From Deinococcales bacterium (lineage in GTDB: Bacteria > Deinococcota > Deinococci > Deinococcales > JAAFIG01), in NCBI GenBank assembly GCA_031414595.1, contig JANNVX010000109.1:22791-86790 (forward strand): 64,000 nucleotides of DNA. The letters run 5' to 3'. A model generated the notes under the pieces. The model saw only the letters and a list, made by a program, of their open reading frames with translations, did not search any database and was not told the DNA's origin. Below are positions 19,667-30,595 of this stretch, in pieces. The position numbers and the translations under genes were made by a program. Each line of letters begins with the position of its first letter. The stretch's first letter is position 1.

Positions 19667-21129
19667 TTTTTGTGGCATTGGTGTTCTTGATGATTTCGGC
19701 AATGGCAATGTTTATTGCAGCAACTTTTAAGGGCGCAGAGGAAAAACATGCGGGGCAGATTTTTGGTGGTATCAGCTTAGTGGTGTACGGCATCACGGCG
19801 TTGTTGGCAGCGATGGCTTGGAATGACACAACCGTACATTACGGGGTGATTAAGTCTGGTGGCTTGGCGACCCTTGGCACAATTATCATGTGCGGTATCG
19901 GGGCTTTAACGGTCGGTGGTGTAATGGCTAACCCCGAAAAGTACAAGGCTGGTGTCGGTGAATTCTTTGGTTTTATTGCCTTTGTGGTTTTTGGTGGGGC
20001 AATTATGGTCAGCACCAATCATCTACTCGTGCTGCTGCTTGGTATTGAACTCTCGAGTTATGCGACTTATATTCTAGTGGGATATTACCGCGATGACCGC
20101 TTCAGCAATGAGGCTGCCAGCAAATACTTTTTATTAGGTGCAGTCGCCAGTGGCTTTCTGATTTTTGGCATGAGCCTTGTCTATGCCAGTGTGGTTTTTG
20201 TCAATGGCTCACTCAGTTATGCTGACATTGGCAATACTTTGGCGGGTCTGGTCGGGCAGACGGTTGGTATTCCAGCCCTGATTTACCCCGGTATCGCCAT
20301 GCTGCTGGTTGGCTTTGGCTTCAAACTCGCGCTTGCACCGTTTCACTCTTGGACTCCAGATGCCTACCAAGGCGCTCCGACGATGGTGGCGGCAATTCTT
20401 AGCGTTGGACCTAAAGCGGCGGTTGTGATTGCGCTCTCGAGCTTACTGACCACAGCTTTTCCGGTGCCAGAACTCTCGAGTGCTTGGAAGAACGCCATTG
20501 CTGTCCTAGCGATTTTATCCATGACCATCGGCAACTTAATGGCATTACAACAAACCAACCTCAAGCGTCTGCTTGGCTTCTCGAGTATCGCCCAATTGGG
20601 TTATGTGGTGATTGGTGTGGCAGTTGGCAGTTTAGACGGCACAAGTGCGGTTATTTTGTATATGGTTGGTTATGCTGTCACCAATATCGGTGCATTTATG
20701 ATTATTGCTACGCTGCGCGATTCTGGGGTCGGCGAAAACATCGAAGACATTGCGGGCTTGGTTAAACGCAATTCATTTGCTGCCGTGATGCTGGCTGGTT
20801 TCTTTATGGGTTTAGCTGGTGTACCTGTGCTGGCTGGTTTCCTCGGCAAGTTACTGCTTTTTAAGAGCGCTGTGGATGTTGGGATGGTGGCGCTTGCGGT
20901 GATTGCTGTCCTGAATGTTGTGCCAAGTTACTACTATTACTTTAGGGTGATTATCAGTGCAATTTTTAGTGAACCCAAAGACTCGAGAACCTTTGAACTG
21001 AATCCAACTGCCACGACGACGCTTGCGATAGCACTTGGGGCGGTGGTGTTGCTGGGCGTTTTTCCAACGCCATTACTAAACATCATCAACGAAGCCGTTA
21101 AAGTCCTACCACTTTTTGCCGCTCGCTAA
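19663..21129 (+). CDS. nuoN: NADH-quinone oxidoreductase subunit N
   Basis: EAASKYFLLG, FKLALAPFHSWTPDAYQGAP, KRLLGFSSIAQLGY. Confidence 0.96.
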   Translation: MIFVALVFLMISAMAMFIAATFKGAEEKHAGQIFGGISLVVYGITALLAAMAWNDTTVHYGVIKSGGLATLGTIIMCGIGALTVGGVMANPEKYKAGVGEFFGFIAFVVFGGAIMVSTNHLLVLLLGIELSSYATYILVGYYRDDRFSNEAASKYFLLGAVASGFLIFGMSLVYASVVFVNGSLSYADIGNTLAGLVGQTVGIPALIYPGIAMLLVGFGFKLALAPFHSWTPDAYQGAPTMVAAILSVGPKAAVVIALSSLLTTAFPVPELSSAWKNAIAVLAILSMTIGNLMALQQTNLKRLLGFSSIAQLGYVVIGVAVGSLDGTSAVILYMVGYAVTNIGAFMIIATLRDSGVGENIEDIAGLVKRNSFAAVMLAGFFMGLAGVPVLAGFLGKLLLFKSAVDVGMVALAVIAVLNVVPSYYYYFRVIISAIFSEPKDSRTFELNPTATTTLAIALGAVVLLGVFPTPLLNIINEAVKVLPLFAAR

Positions 21130-21137
21130 GTAACCAT

Positions 21138-21169
21138 AAAAACACCCGTCTCAAGACGGGTGTTTTTTT
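21138..21169. terminator. Bidirectional intrinsic terminator between nuoN and the cyclophilin gene
   Basis: AAAAACACCCGTCT-CA-AGACGGGTGTTTTTTT. Confidence 0.9.
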
Positions 21170-21182
21170 ATCGGGGCTACCT

Positions 21183-21815
21183 TTATTTTTTCTTACTGAC
21201 AATATAAACCTTGGTCATTTTAGACGGCACGGCGGGTGGTTCGCCTTTGTTCAGGGCATTTAAGGCTTTTTCGCCCTCAAGTAAACGCCCAAAAATCGTG
21301 TGCTTGCCGTTTAAGTGCGGCGTTGGCACAAAGGTGATAAAGAATTGGCTGCCATTGGTGGCAGGTCCAGAATTTGCCATGGCGAGCAAATTTTTCTTAT
21401 CAAAGGTCAGTTTGCTACGGAATTCATCACCAAATTGGTAGCCAGGTCCGCCAGTCCCAAGCCCAAGTGGGTCGCCAGTCTGTGCCATAAAATCTGGGAT
21501 GATACGATGGAAAATAATGCCATCAAAAAATTTACTGCGGGCTAAAAACACAAAGTTGTTGACCGTCACGGGGGTGTCGTCCTCGAATAAATCCACCACA
21601 ATTCTGCCTTTGTCGGTTTCGATGACAGCGCGGTAATCGGTGTTATCGGCTAGAACGTACTTGGAGGACTTAAAGGTGGTGATTCGGGTTTTACTCAAAT
21701 CTGGCTCGAGCTTAAAGCCGGCTGGAACGTATGGCTTGGCGGTTTGCGCCAAAACCCCAGAGACTGCGACTGTTGCGACTGCCAAACCGAGTAACCAAGC
21801 ATAGGATGTTTTCAT
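21183..21815 (-). CDS. Cyclophilin-type peptidyl-prolyl isomerase with signal peptide
   Basis: [43 protein letters not shown]. Confidence 0.95.
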   Translation of the reverse strand: MKTSYAWLLGLAVATVAVSGVLAQTAKPYVPAGFKLEPDLSKTRITTFKSSKYVLADNTDYRAVIETDKGRIVVDLFEDDTPVTVNNFVFLARSKFFDGIIFHRIIPDFMAQTGDPLGLGTGGPGYQFGDEFRSKLTFDKKNLLAMANSGPATNGSQFFITFVPTPHLNGKHTIFGRLLEGEKALNALNKGEPPAVPSKMTKVYIVSKKK

Positions 21816-21984
21816 CGCTCCTATTCTAAACTTCAAAAGCCTAGAATGTTGCAAGCCAAGATGAGGAAAAGTTTAAGGATTCTTTGCATTGCGGCAATTG
21901 GGTGTGGCAGACTGTTCGAGAAGTAAAGGTTATGATATATTTAACCTAGTTAAATAATTTTTAGAGCTGGCTTTCGGAGGTTTT

Positions 21985-22368
21985 ATGTACAAAGGTCGAG
22001 AAGGACAATGGGCATTTTTTCTGCATCGCTTGTCTGGCGTTGCTATTTTGTTGTATCTGATTCTGCACACCGTTTCAATCGGTTCAACCATGTTAGGGGA
22101 AGGCGTTTACAACACGGTTCACAAGATTTATGAATGGATGCCTTTTCGTCTTGGGCTAATCGGTGTGGCTGGGGCAGTGGCATACCATGCGTTTAATGGT
22201 TTACGAATTGTCTTAATGGATTTTACTGAATGGGGCGTGAAATACCAACGCCAACTTTGGTACGGTTCGTTGGTACTGGCAGGGTTGTTTATGCTTCTCA
22301 CCCTTTATGCCAACCTGCCGCGTTTATTTTCGGAAGTCTTTACCTACACCACCATTTGGGGGCAATGA
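21985..22368 (+). CDS. sdhC: Succinate dehydrogenase cytochrome b556 subunit
   Basis: MYKGREGQWAFFLHRLSG, YHAFNGLRIVLMDF. Confidence 0.94.
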   Translation: MYKGREGQWAFFLHRLSGVAILLYLILHTVSIGSTMLGEGVYNTVHKIYEWMPFRLGLIGVAGAVAYHAFNGLRIVLMDFTEWGVKYQRQLWYGSLVLAGLFMLLTLYANLPRLFSEVFTYTTIWGQ

Positions 22369-22370
22369 TT

Positions 22371-22778
22371 ATGGCAATTAAAGCAAGAAGATTTAAGGAC
22401 GCAAAAGCCCAAGCCAAATCGAATCCCGAACTGGTCTGGTGGGTGTTTATGCGCCTTTCCGGGTCGGCTCTGGTGATACTGACTTTGTTTCATTTGTTCA
22501 AAAACCATATTTCGGTAGACGAAGCCAGTTGGGATTATGAAAAAATCGCCTCGAGTTATGCCGATGGTTGGAACAAGTTGTACTTAGGGGCAATGCTCAG
22601 TTTAGGCTTACTACACGGCGGCAACGGTATTCGTTATGTGATTGAAGACCTAACTGCCAAAAACCCTATGGCTCGAGTCTGGGCAAAGGGTATTGCTTTT
22701 GCTTTAATCGGTGCGGTACTGGTCTTTGGCTTACTGGCATTGATTGTAAAAATACCCATTCCGGGCGTGGATAATTAA
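22371..22778 (+). CDS. sdhD: Succinate dehydrogenase hydrophobic anchor subunit
   Basis: WWVFMRLSG, LHGGNGIRYVIED; lies between sdhC and sdhA (alternative ATG at 22365). Confidence 0.9.
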   Translation: MAIKARRFKDAKAQAKSNPELVWWVFMRLSGSALVILTLFHLFKNHISVDEASWDYEKIASSYADGWNKLYLGAMLSLGLLHGGNGIRYVIEDLTAKNPMARVWAKGIAFALIGAVLVFGLLALIVKIPIPGVDN

Positions 22779-22878
22779 CTGGCTATTAGCGACTAGCTGC
22801 TAGTTATTAGCTAAAACCAAAAGCTAAAGCTCGAGACCAAGAGCTAGAAGCTAAAAGCTAGTCGCTAGAAGCTAAAAA
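22779..22878. repeat. Heptamer-repeat (AGCTAnn) imperfect hairpin between sdhD and sdhA
   Basis: TAGCGACTAGCT ... AGCTAGTCGCTA arms with AAAGCTA/GAAGCTA units. Confidence 0.75.
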
Positions 22879-22886
22879 GGAGTTTC

Positions 22887-24641
22887 ATGGAAGTTCATAC
22901 ACACGACGTAATTGTTGTTGGCGCAGGTGGAAGCGGCTTAATGGCGGCGCTGTACGCCAAGAAAAACGCAACTGGCAGCGTTGCCGTTATCTCTAAACTT
23001 TACCCGACCCGTTCACACACGGGCGCAGCCCAAGGTGGTGTCGGGGCAGCCCTAGGCAACGTAGACGAGGACAGTTGGGAATGGCATATGTTTGATACGG
23101 TTAAGGGTGGCGATTACTTGACCGACCAAGACGCAGCCGAAATTTTTGCCAAAGATGTGATTGAAGCGGTGCTTGAACTCGAGCATATGGGGCTGCCTTT
23201 TAGCCGTTTGCCGAATGGGAAAATTGCCCAGCGCCGCTTTGGTGGGCATACCAGAGAATTTGGTAAAGCCCCAGTTCATCGCGCTTGTTATGCGGCTGAC
23301 CGCACAGGGCATATGATTTTACAAACCTTGTATCAGCAAAGCATCAAAGAAAGAGTCACTTTTTTTAATGAATTTGTGGTGCTGGATTTAATTCTCGAGG
23401 ATGATTCAAGTGGCAAAGTCTGCAAAGGCGTGGTTGCTTATGAACTGGCTACGGGTAAACTCCATACCTTTCATGCCAAAAGCGTGGTCTTGGCTTCAGG
23501 TGGCAACGGACGGATGTTCAAAGTCACCAGCAACGCCCATGCGCTGACTGGCGACCTGACCAGCATTGCCTACCGCCGAGGCATCCCACTCGAGGACATG
23601 GAATTTTATCAGTTTCACCCGACTGGGTTGTATAAACTTGGGGTACTCCTGACCGAAGGTGTGCGCGGTGAAGGTGGCATCCTTCGTAACTCGAGCGGTG
23701 AGCGCTTTATGGAACGCTACGCTCCAACCATCAAAGACCTTGCGCCCCGCGATATTGTTTCGCGCAGTATGTATTTTGAAATTCGTGAGGGACGCGGTTG
23801 TGGACCGAACAAAGATTACATTCACTTGGATGTGACCCATATAGACCCGAAAATTCTCGAGGAACGCCTACCTGACATCATGGATTTTAGCCGTACCTAT
23901 TTAAGAGTTGAACCAACCAAAGAACCAGTACCGATTCAACCGACTGCCCATTACACGATGGGTGGAATTCCGACCACTTTGGATGGCGAAGTGATTTTCG
24001 GCACAACCAATGACACCAAGGTACGCGGTTTATACGCGGCTGGCGAAGTGGCTTGTGTTAGCTTGCACGGCGCGAATCGCCTTGGTACAAACAGCTTAGG
24101 CGATTTAATTGTCTTCGGCAGACGGGCTGGTGTAGCTGCCGCCAAGTACGCCAACACCGCCGCCCTCGAGCCATTACCCAGCAATGCTGCTGGACGAGCC
24201 TCTGATTTGGTCAACAACACCAAAAATTCCAATGGTACAGAAAGTGTGGCTAAAATCCGCCTCGAGATGCAGCAAACTATGCAGGACAACGCCAGTGTCT
24301 TTCGCACCGAAGAAACCCTAAGTACCCAGGTCGAAATTTTACGCGGCTTAAACCAGCGCTACAAAAACATTGGAGTTTCTGACAAGGGTGAGCGCTTCAA
24401 CACCGAACTTTTAGAAGCCATCGAACTTGGCTTTTTGCTCGATAACGCCGAAGCCCTTGTTCACAGCGCCCTAAACCGCCGTGAATCGCGTGGCGCACAT
24501 GCGCGAGAAGACCACACCGAACGCAACGATACGACTTTCTTAAAACACACGATGTGCTATCAGCTCGAGCCGGGCAGAACCGAAATCAAATGGAAAGATG
24601 TGGTACTGGGTAAATACGAACCAAAACCGAGAACGTATTAA
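22887..24641 (+). CDS. sdhA: Succinate dehydrogenase flavoprotein subunit
   Basis: [47 protein letters not shown]. Confidence 0.98.
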   Translation: MEVHTHDVIVVGAGGSGLMAALYAKKNATGSVAVISKLYPTRSHTGAAQGGVGAALGNVDEDSWEWHMFDTVKGGDYLTDQDAAEIFAKDVIEAVLELEHMGLPFSRLPNGKIAQRRFGGHTREFGKAPVHRACYAADRTGHMILQTLYQQSIKERVTFFNEFVVLDLILEDDSSGKVCKGVVAYELATGKLHTFHAKSVVLASGGNGRMFKVTSNAHALTGDLTSIAYRRGIPLEDMEFYQFHPTGLYKLGVLLTEGVRGEGGILRNSSGERFMERYAPTIKDLAPRDIVSRSMYFEIREGRGCGPNKDYIHLDVTHIDPKILEERLPDIMDFSRTYLRVEPTKEPVPIQPTAHYTMGGIPTTLDGEVIFGTTNDTKVRGLYAAGEVACVSLHGANRLGTNSLGDLIVFGRRAGVAAAKYANTAALEPLPSNAAGRASDLVNNTKNSNGTESVAKIRLEMQQTMQDNASVFRTEETLSTQVEILRGLNQRYKNIGVSDKGERFNTELLEAIELGFLLDNAEALVHSALNRRESRGAHAREDHTERNDTTFLKHTMCYQLEPGRTEIKWKDVVLGKYEPKPRTY

Positions 24642-24705
24642 GCTATGAGCCTTGAGCTATGAGCTAAAATTCTCAAAGCTCAAAGCCCATAGCTCATAGC
24701 CTCTC
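24641..24705. repeat. Heptamer-repeat (AGCTATG / CATAGCT) hairpin between sdhA and sdhB
   Basis: AGCTATG AGCCTTG AGCTATG AGCT ... AGCTCAA AGCCCAT AGCTCAT AGC. Confidence 0.8.
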
Positions 24706-24719
24706 AAAAAGGAGTCTCC

Positions 24720-25421
24720 ATGCAAGCAATTTTTAAGATTCATCGTTATAACCCTGAAAAAGACAAAAAACCGTACTGGGCAGAATATACCCTCGAGGTT
24801 GACCCCAAAGACCGAATTCTCGATATTCTTAATCAAATTAAATGGGAACTTGATGGTAGCTTATCGTTTCGGCGTTCTTGCGCCCATGGGATTTGTGGTT
24901 CGGATGCGATGCTGATTAACGGCAAAAATCGTTTGGCTTGTAAGGTATTGATGATGGATTTAGGTGGGAATACGGTTACGGTAGAACCGATTCGCGGACT
25001 GAGTGTCGAAAAGGACTTAATTGTTGACATGACTCCGTTCTTTGAGAGTTACGAAGCGGTGATGCCGTTTTTTATCAACGACCAACAGATGCCAGAACGC
25101 GAACATATTCAAAGCCATGAAGACCGCGAGATTTATGATGCCAGTACCAAGTGTATTCTTTGTGCTTGCTGCACCACTTCCTGCCCGATTTTCTGGGTCA
25201 ATGGAACGTATTTGGGACCAGCGGCAATCGTTCAAGCTCACCGTTTTATCTTTGACTCGAGAGACACAGGTGGGGCAGAGCGCTTGGCTAAACTCAATCA
25301 AAACACAGGGGTTTGGCGTTGCCGCACCGCCTACAACTGCACCGAAGCCTGCCCGAGGGATATTCCGATTACTGATGTGATTGGGCAAGTCAAACGCGCT
25401 ATTCTGTACAGCAGCATCTGA
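24720..25421 (+). CDS. sdhB: Succinate dehydrogenase iron-sulfur subunit
   Basis: SCAHGICGSD, CILCACCTTSCP, CRTAYNCTEACP. Confidence 0.98.
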   Translation: MQAIFKIHRYNPEKDKKPYWAEYTLEVDPKDRILDILNQIKWELDGSLSFRRSCAHGICGSDAMLINGKNRLACKVLMMDLGGNTVTVEPIRGLSVEKDLIVDMTPFFESYEAVMPFFINDQQMPEREHIQSHEDREIYDASTKCILCACCTTSCPIFWVNGTYLGPAAIVQAHRFIFDSRDTGGAERLAKLNQNTGVWRCRTAYNCTEACPRDIPITDVIGQVKRAILYSSI

Positions 25422-25436
25422 TACTTAAGATAGGGG

Positions 25437-25472
25437 AGAGGAGCGTAACTTAATCTGCGCTCCTCTTGTTGT
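25437..25472 (+). terminator. Intrinsic terminator after sdhB
   Basis: AGAGGAGCGTA...TGCGCTCCTCT stem followed by a T-rich tail. Confidence 0.7.
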
Positions 25473-25483
25473 TTATAGACCAC

Positions 25484-26512
25484 TTAGCCTTCAAAGCCCA
25501 ATAAAACATTGACCGCATTAACTCCAATTTCTTCAACTGCATACCCGCCTTCCATCACAAACAGGGTTGGTATACCAAGTTTTGCGATTCTCGAGCCAAT
25601 TTTTAGGTAATCGTTACTCTCGAGTAAAAACTGTGAAATCGGGTCGCCTTTGAAGGTATCCACACCCAATGACACCAGCACAACTTCTGGTGTGTACTGC
25701 TCGAGTTTCGCACAAGCAAGCTCTAAACTCGAGAACCAAGTTGTAAAATTTGTTCCGTGCGGCATTGGGTAATTAACATTAAATCCTTCGCCAGCGCCAA
25801 TGCCAGTTTCATCGACATAACCCAAAAAGTACGGATATTCGACACTTGGGTCGCCGTGCAAGTTCAGCACCAATACATCCGAACGGTCATAAAAAATACT
25901 TTGTGTGCCGTTGCCGTGGTGATAATCAATGTCCAGAATGGCGACTCGAGCCGCGCCAGAATCTAAAAAATACTGGGCTGCCACTGCCACATTATTAAAA
26001 AAGCAGTATCCGCCCATATAATCGGCTGCCGCATGATGCCCCGGCGGGCGACACAAAGCAAAAGCACTTCTCGCACCGTTTTTAATCAGTTCTGCACCGC
26101 TTAACGCCACATTGACACTGCTGGTAATGGCTGTCCAAGTCGTCGGTGTAATCGGTGCAGCCGCATCAAAGCTGTAAAACCCCAGTTTCGCCTCAATCGC
26201 CACGGGTTCTCGAGTCTGATTCATACCCCGTCCAGCCCAAGTGTACGGCAGCGCGTGCTTAGCATGACCAGCCGCACGCCATTCCATCCAAGCATTCTCG
26301 AGGAAATGCACATAAGCGGGTGAATGAATGCGTTTGATTGGTTCAAGCCCAAAATCTTTAGGTGCGACAATCTCGCCTAAGTTTATGCTCTTAACTCGAG
26401 CCAGAATAATCTCTGCCCGACGCGGCATTTCAAAAACGGGTACAAGCCCGTCTGCGATTAACTCAAAATCGCCGTGATGCAGTTTATGGTTTTCAGAGTA
26501 AATGGTTTTCAT
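25484..26512 (-). CDS. Acetylpolyamine amidohydrolase (histone deacetylase family)
   Basis: RPPGHHA, GGYCFFNN, DIDYHHGNGTQ, SLGVDTFKGDP, MEGGY; downstream of polyamine ABC genes. Confidence 0.92.
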   Translation of the reverse strand: MKTIYSENHKLHHGDFELIADGLVPVFEMPRRAEIILARVKSINLGEIVAPKDFGLEPIKRIHSPAYVHFLENAWMEWRAAGHAKHALPYTWAGRGMNQTREPVAIEAKLGFYSFDAAAPITPTTWTAITSSVNVALSGAELIKNGARSAFALCRPPGHHAAADYMGGYCFFNNVAVAAQYFLDSGAARVAILDIDYHHGNGTQSIFYDRSDVLVLNLHGDPSVEYPYFLGYVDETGIGAGEGFNVNYPMPHGTNFTTWFSSLELACAKLEQYTPEVVLVSLGVDTFKGDPISQFLLESNDYLKIGSRIAKLGIPTLFVMEGGYAVEEIGVNAVNVLLGFEG

Positions 26513-26519
26513 AAATTAA

Positions 26520-26568
26520 TGAAAGGAGGAAAGACAAAGGCGAAGGATTTTTCTTCTTTCCTCCTAAG
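26520..26568. repeat. Purine/pyrimidine heptamer-repeat hairpin
   Basis: GAAAGGAGGAAAGACAAAGGCGAAGG...TTCTTCTTTCCTCCT. Confidence 0.6.
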
Positions 26569-26571
26569 CAC

Positions 26572-27615
26572 TTACCTTTTCAAACGAGTCCAAACCTTGT
26601 CACGCAACGCAATATTGGCACTCGAGCAGAGTTTGTTGGCACGGAAACGACTGGTCATATTGGCAGGAGTGTTGACCGCAGGGTCGGTCTTTAAGGCAGC
26701 ATCAAAGAATTTATCTGCGCCTTTGATGCTGTTGTTGTAGCCCGTGTAATTGCTGGCAATGGCAATGGCTTCGGGAGACATCATCCAGTTGATGAATTTA
26801 ATCGCTTCGGCTTTGTTCTTGGCGGTCTTTGGTACGGCAAAATTATCATTCCAGAACGGAATGCCTTCGCGTGGGTAGACAAAAACCCCAGTTTTGAGCT
26901 TTTCTTTGGTGCGGTGCGCCGCGCCGTTCCATTGGTGGTGCATAATCACTTCGCCAGCCTGCATTCGCTCAATCGTGCCATCGGAGTTATAGGCTGCCAA
27001 AAATGGTTTTTGTTTCTCGAGCAGCGCCAAAACCCGTTCGGCATTGGAAGCCACAGTGGTGCATTGGTCTATTTTTAAGTAAATCGTGGCAGCGTTCCAC
27101 ATTTCGGTGGGGTCATTCAGTGCCACAATCTGTCCACGCAGGGCTTCAGGGGGTTCAAAGAACGATTTCCAAGAATCATCGAGTTTGCCGCCTGGGACTC
27201 GTGCTGAATCGTAGGTAAAACCAGTCACGCCCCACATATACGGGGCAGAGTAGGCTCGAGCCACATCAAAAGGTGGTTTGGTCGAAAACCCTTGGACATT
27301 TTTCCAGTTGCTTAATTTACTGGCATTGATTGGCTCGAGAATTTTTTCATCAATCATGATTTTAACCATGTAGTCTGATGGCACAATCACGTCGTAACCT
27401 GTTGCCCCTGCTTGGAGTTTTGCCAATAACGATTCGTTGGAATCATAGACATCCAAGTTGACCCGCACACCCGTATCGGCTTCATATTTTTTAAGTAAAT
27501 CTGGTGGAATGTAATTTGACCAGTTGTACAAATTGATTGTGGCTTTTGGCGTTTGAGCGTATGCCACCACTGCCAGAGCGCTAATACCGAATGTAACGAG
27601 TAACTTCTTATTCAT
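26572..27615 (-). CDS. Polyamine ABC transporter substrate-binding protein (PotD/PotF family)
   Basis: YNWSNYIP, YDSNESLLAKL, GYDVIVPSDYM, PYMWG; ATG at 27615 after GGAGG. Confidence 0.92.
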   Translation of the reverse strand: MNKKLLVTFGISALAVVAYAQTPKATINLYNWSNYIPPDLLKKYEADTGVRVNLDVYDSNESLLAKLQAGATGYDVIVPSDYMVKIMIDEKILEPINASKLSNWKNVQGFSTKPPFDVARAYSAPYMWGVTGFTYDSARVPGGKLDDSWKSFFEPPEALRGQIVALNDPTEMWNAATIYLKIDQCTTVASNAERVLALLEKQKPFLAAYNSDGTIERMQAGEVIMHHQWNGAAHRTKEKLKTGVFVYPREGIPFWNDNFAVPKTAKNKAEAIKFINWMMSPEAIAIASNYTGYNNSIKGADKFFDAALKTDPAVNTPANMTSRFRANKLCSSANIALRDKVWTRLKR

Positions 27616-27631
27616 ACGACCTCCAAAGAAC

Positions 27632-27672
27632 AGGTAAAAAGGTGAAAGGGTAAAAAGGTAAAAAGGTAAAAG
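27632..27672. repeat. Octamer tandem repeat (AGGTAAAA-like, ~5 units)
   Basis: AGGTAAAA AGGTGAAA GGGTAAAA AGGTAAAA AGGTAAAA. Confidence 0.8.
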
Positions 27673-27704
27673 CAGAGCCTCGAGCATTGCATTTTTTGTT
27701 TGAC

Positions 27705-27728
27705 CGTAGGGGCGAGGCACGCCTCGCC
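27705..27728 (+). repeat. GTAG-type REP, intergenic
   Basis: CGTAGGGGCGAGGCACGCCTCGCC. Confidence 0.85.
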
Positions 27729-27739
27729 TTTGCACCACG

Positions 27740-28528
27740 TTATTTTTTCTGCCCGATAAAAAACGATAACAACACAATCACCAGCGAAGCCGCAAATAAA
27801 AGGGTAGAAATAGCATTGACTTCTGGGGATATTCCCGTGCGTATCATACCGAAAATATAGACAGGTAGGGTAGTCGCGCCAGCCCCAGCCACAAAAAAGG
27901 TAATTACAAAATCGTCCATGCTGGTGATAAAGGCAAGCATTGCCCCTGAAATAATTCCAGGCATTAAAAGCGGTAAGGTCACTCGAGTAAAGGCTTGAAG
28001 TGGTTGGGCATAGAGGTCTGAGGCTGCTTCGAGCAGTTTGGGGTCTAATCCCTCGAGTCGAGCCCGAATTGGTAAGTAAGCAAAAGGGATACAGAAAATA
28101 ATATGGGCGAGGATAACCGTGGTTAAGCCTAACTCGAGTCCGATGGCAAGAAAGAACAGCAAACTAGCAACAGCCGTGACAATTTCGGGAACAAGCAAGG
28201 GCAGTCCAATTAAGCCATTAAAAGCGGCTTGTCCTTTGAAAGTTTTTCCTGCCATACCAAGGGCAGCAAGTGTGGCAATGGTGGTAGCAACAATCGTCGA
28301 GAAACTGGCAACGATTAAGGAATTTTGCGTTGCCCGAATAATATTGGGGTTCTCGAGGACAACTTTGTACCAATCCAAACTAAAATTTGTCCAAATCGTG
28401 GCGGTTTGATTTTGATTGAACGATAAAACAATTAAAACCAGTATTGGCAAGTACAAGAAAATAAAGAACAGCCCCATCAAAACGCTTAGACTGGGATAGC
28501 GCCAAAGTGGGTTGCTCGAGTTCATCAT
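27740..28528 (-). CDS. Polyamine ABC transporter permease (PotC-like)
   Basis: FLYLPILVL, LLEAASDLYA (EAA motif), SMDDFVITFF, ISPEVNA. Confidence 0.92.
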   Translation of the reverse strand: MMNSSNPLWRYPSLSVLMGLFFIFLYLPILVLIVLSFNQNQTATIWTNFSLDWYKVVLENPNIIRATQNSLIVASFSTIVATTIATLAALGMAGKTFKGQAAFNGLIGLPLLVPEIVTAVASLLFFLAIGLELGLTTVILAHIIFCIPFAYLPIRARLEGLDPKLLEAASDLYAQPLQAFTRVTLPLLMPGIISGAMLAFITSMDDFVITFFVAGAGATTLPVYIFGMIRTGISPEVNAISTLLFAASLVIVLLSFFIGQKK

Positions 28529-29409
28529 GTGGTTAAGCTCCCTTTACCCTTAAAACGCAGGGCATAAATCAGCATAAAAATGAGTACCACCGCCAGCAAC
28601 GCAAACGATAACGCCGCCCCAAAAGACCAATTTCTGGATGTGCCAAATTGTTGTTGGATTAAATTGCCAATCATCAAAGTCTTAGACCCGCCCAGTAATT
28701 CGGGAATAAAGTATGTACCAAGCGCGGGAACAAAGACCAAAATGCAGCCCGCCACCATACCGGGGGCGGATAAGGGCAGCACAATGCGGTACAAAGTTTG
28801 CCAACGGTTGGCATAGAGGTCGTAAGCCGCCTCGAGCAGTCGCCAATCGAGTTTTTCAAGACTGGTGTAAATCGGTAAGACCATAAACGGCAAAAAGGCA
28901 TAAACCAAACCTATTTGTACCGCCAAAGGTGTGTACATGATGTTTAAGGGGCTGTTCAGTAATCCAAGTCCGCTCAGGCTCGAGTCTATCAGTCCACCAT
29001 TGCGTAAGAGCAGAATCCAAGCGTAGGTACGAACCAGTAAGTTAGTCCAGAATGGAATGGTAATCAGTAGCATCAGCCAAGTGCGGCGTTTTGGTGATTG
29101 CAGGGCAATATAAAACGAGACTGGAAAAGCCACCAACAAGGTAATAGCAGTTGTGACAAACGCCAATTGGAACGACCTCGAGAAAATCGAGAGGTAATCG
29201 GTGTTTAAGACCAAAGCATCATTAAAATCGCGTTCAAAAAGAAATTTAATATATGAATCGGGGGTGTACTGTCCCCATTTGACCCCGCCAAATTGTCCCG
29301 GCTCGAGCCACGACATTAAGCCCATCAAGAGCATCGGCAAGACCATAAAAACCAGAATCAGCAGTCCAGCTGGAGCAATAAATGCCCAGCGACCAAGATT
29401 ATTTTTCAT
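28525..29409 (-). CDS. Polyamine ABC transporter permease (PotB-like)
   Basis: [40 protein letters not shown] at 29409. Confidence 0.92.
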   Translation of the reverse strand: MKNNLGRWAFIAPAGLLILVFMVLPMLLMGLMSWLEPGQFGGVKWGQYTPDSYIKFLFERDFNDALVLNTDYLSIFSRSFQLAFVTTAITLLVAFPVSFYIALQSPKRRTWLMLLITIPFWTNLLVRTYAWILLLRNGGLIDSSLSGLGLLNSPLNIMYTPLAVQIGLVYAFLPFMVLPIYTSLEKLDWRLLEAAYDLYANRWQTLYRIVLPLSAPGMVAGCILVFVPALGTYFIPELLGGSKTLMIGNLIQQQFGTSRNWSFGAALSFALLAVVLIFMLIYALRFKGKGSLTT

Positions 29410-30529
29410 GTTCACTCTCGAGCGTCCCCAATGCCTCGGATGGTTCATGCGTCCCCAATGCCTCGGATGGTTCAAGAATTCGCACTGCATCGGCTGGAAT
29501 CTGCAATTTGATCATCTCGCCGACCGAAACAATTTTTGTTGCCCCACCTGAGTTTTGCATCCGTACTCTAAAAACCTCAGAAGCCAACTCGAGGTACACC
29601 ACCGTATCCGTACCAACATAGACCACTTCGCGCACCTTAGCGCTTAGCCCCGTGCCTTCTCGAGCAATCAGCGCCCGTTCCGGACGGACTGCCACATCCA
29701 CCTTTGAGCCTAGGTTGCGGTTGTGTGTGGTTTTGATCAATTGCCCATCGGTCAAGCGCAGACCGCCAGCCTCGGCAATACCAGTTAAAAAATTGGTCTC
29801 ACCAATAAAATCTGCCACATAGCGTGTGCGCGGAAAATCATAAATTTCGGTGGGCGTGCCAATCTGCTCGAGTTTGCCGTGTTTCATGACTGCAATTCGG
29901 TCAGACATGGTAAGCGCTTCTTCTTGGTCGTGGGTCACAAACACAAAAGTAATTCCAGTCTCGAGTTGCAAACGTTTTAATTCGAGCTGCATTTCTTTGC
30001 GGAGTTTGGCATCGAGTGCCGAAAGCGATTCATCGAGTAACAAGACCTTGGGACGATTCGCCAAAGCCCGAGCCAGTGCCACCCGTTGCTGTTGTCCACC
30101 GCTTAACTGACTAGGTAAACGATTTGCCAAGTTTGGCAATTGTACTAACTCGAGCATCTGCGTGACGATTTTTTTGGTCTCGGGTTTTGAAGTGCGCTGC
30201 ATCTCTAAACCAAACGCGATATTTTGTTCTACGGTCATGTGTGGAAAAAGGGCGTAACTTTGAAAAACCGTATTGACTGGGCGCTTAAAAGGCGGTAAAC
30301 CCTTGAGAGGCTGCCCGTATAGACTGATTGAACCGCTTGTCGGTTGCTCGAAGCCAGCAATTAAACGCAATAAGGTAGTTTTGCCACATCCGCTTGGACC
30401 GAGCAGCGTAAAGAATTCATTAGAGGTAATCTCGAGACTGACCCCAACCAGGGCAGTGACTGCCTCCACGCCAGAACCGAAGACCATTCCAATGTTTTCA
30501 ATTACAATGGCGCTGCTCGAGTTTGTCAT
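29399..30529 (-). CDS. Polyamine ABC transporter ATP-binding protein (PotA-like)
   Basis: [43 protein letters not shown] at 30529. Confidence 0.94.
   Translation of the reverse strand: MTNSSSAIVIENIGMVFGSGVEAVTALVGVSLEITSNEFFTLLGPSGCGKTTLLRLIAGFEQPTSGSISLYGQPLKGLPPFKRPVNTVFQSYALFPHMTVEQNIAFGLEMQRTSKPETKKIVTQMLELVQLPNLANRLPSQLSGGQQQRVALARALANRPKVLLLDESLSALDAKLRKEMQLELKRLQLETGITFVFVTHDQEEALTMSDRIAVMKHGKLEQIGTPTEIYDFPRTRYVADFIGETNFLTGIAEAGGLRLTDGQLIKTTHNRNLGSKVDVAVRPERALIAREGTGLSAKVREVVYVGTDTVVYLELASEVFRVRMQNSGGATKIVSVGEMIKLQIPADAVRILEPSEALGTHEPSEALGTLESEHEK
29422..29475. repeat. In-frame 27-bp tandem repeat near the PotA C-terminus (EPSEALGT x2)
   Basis: GCGTCCCCAATGCCTCGGATGGTTCA(T/A) occurs twice. 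Confidence 0.95.
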
Positions 30530-30595
30530 CTTGAAGGCGGATTCTAACCTAAAAATTAGCGACAAAACTATCCAGCTATCCCTTAAACTAGGCAG

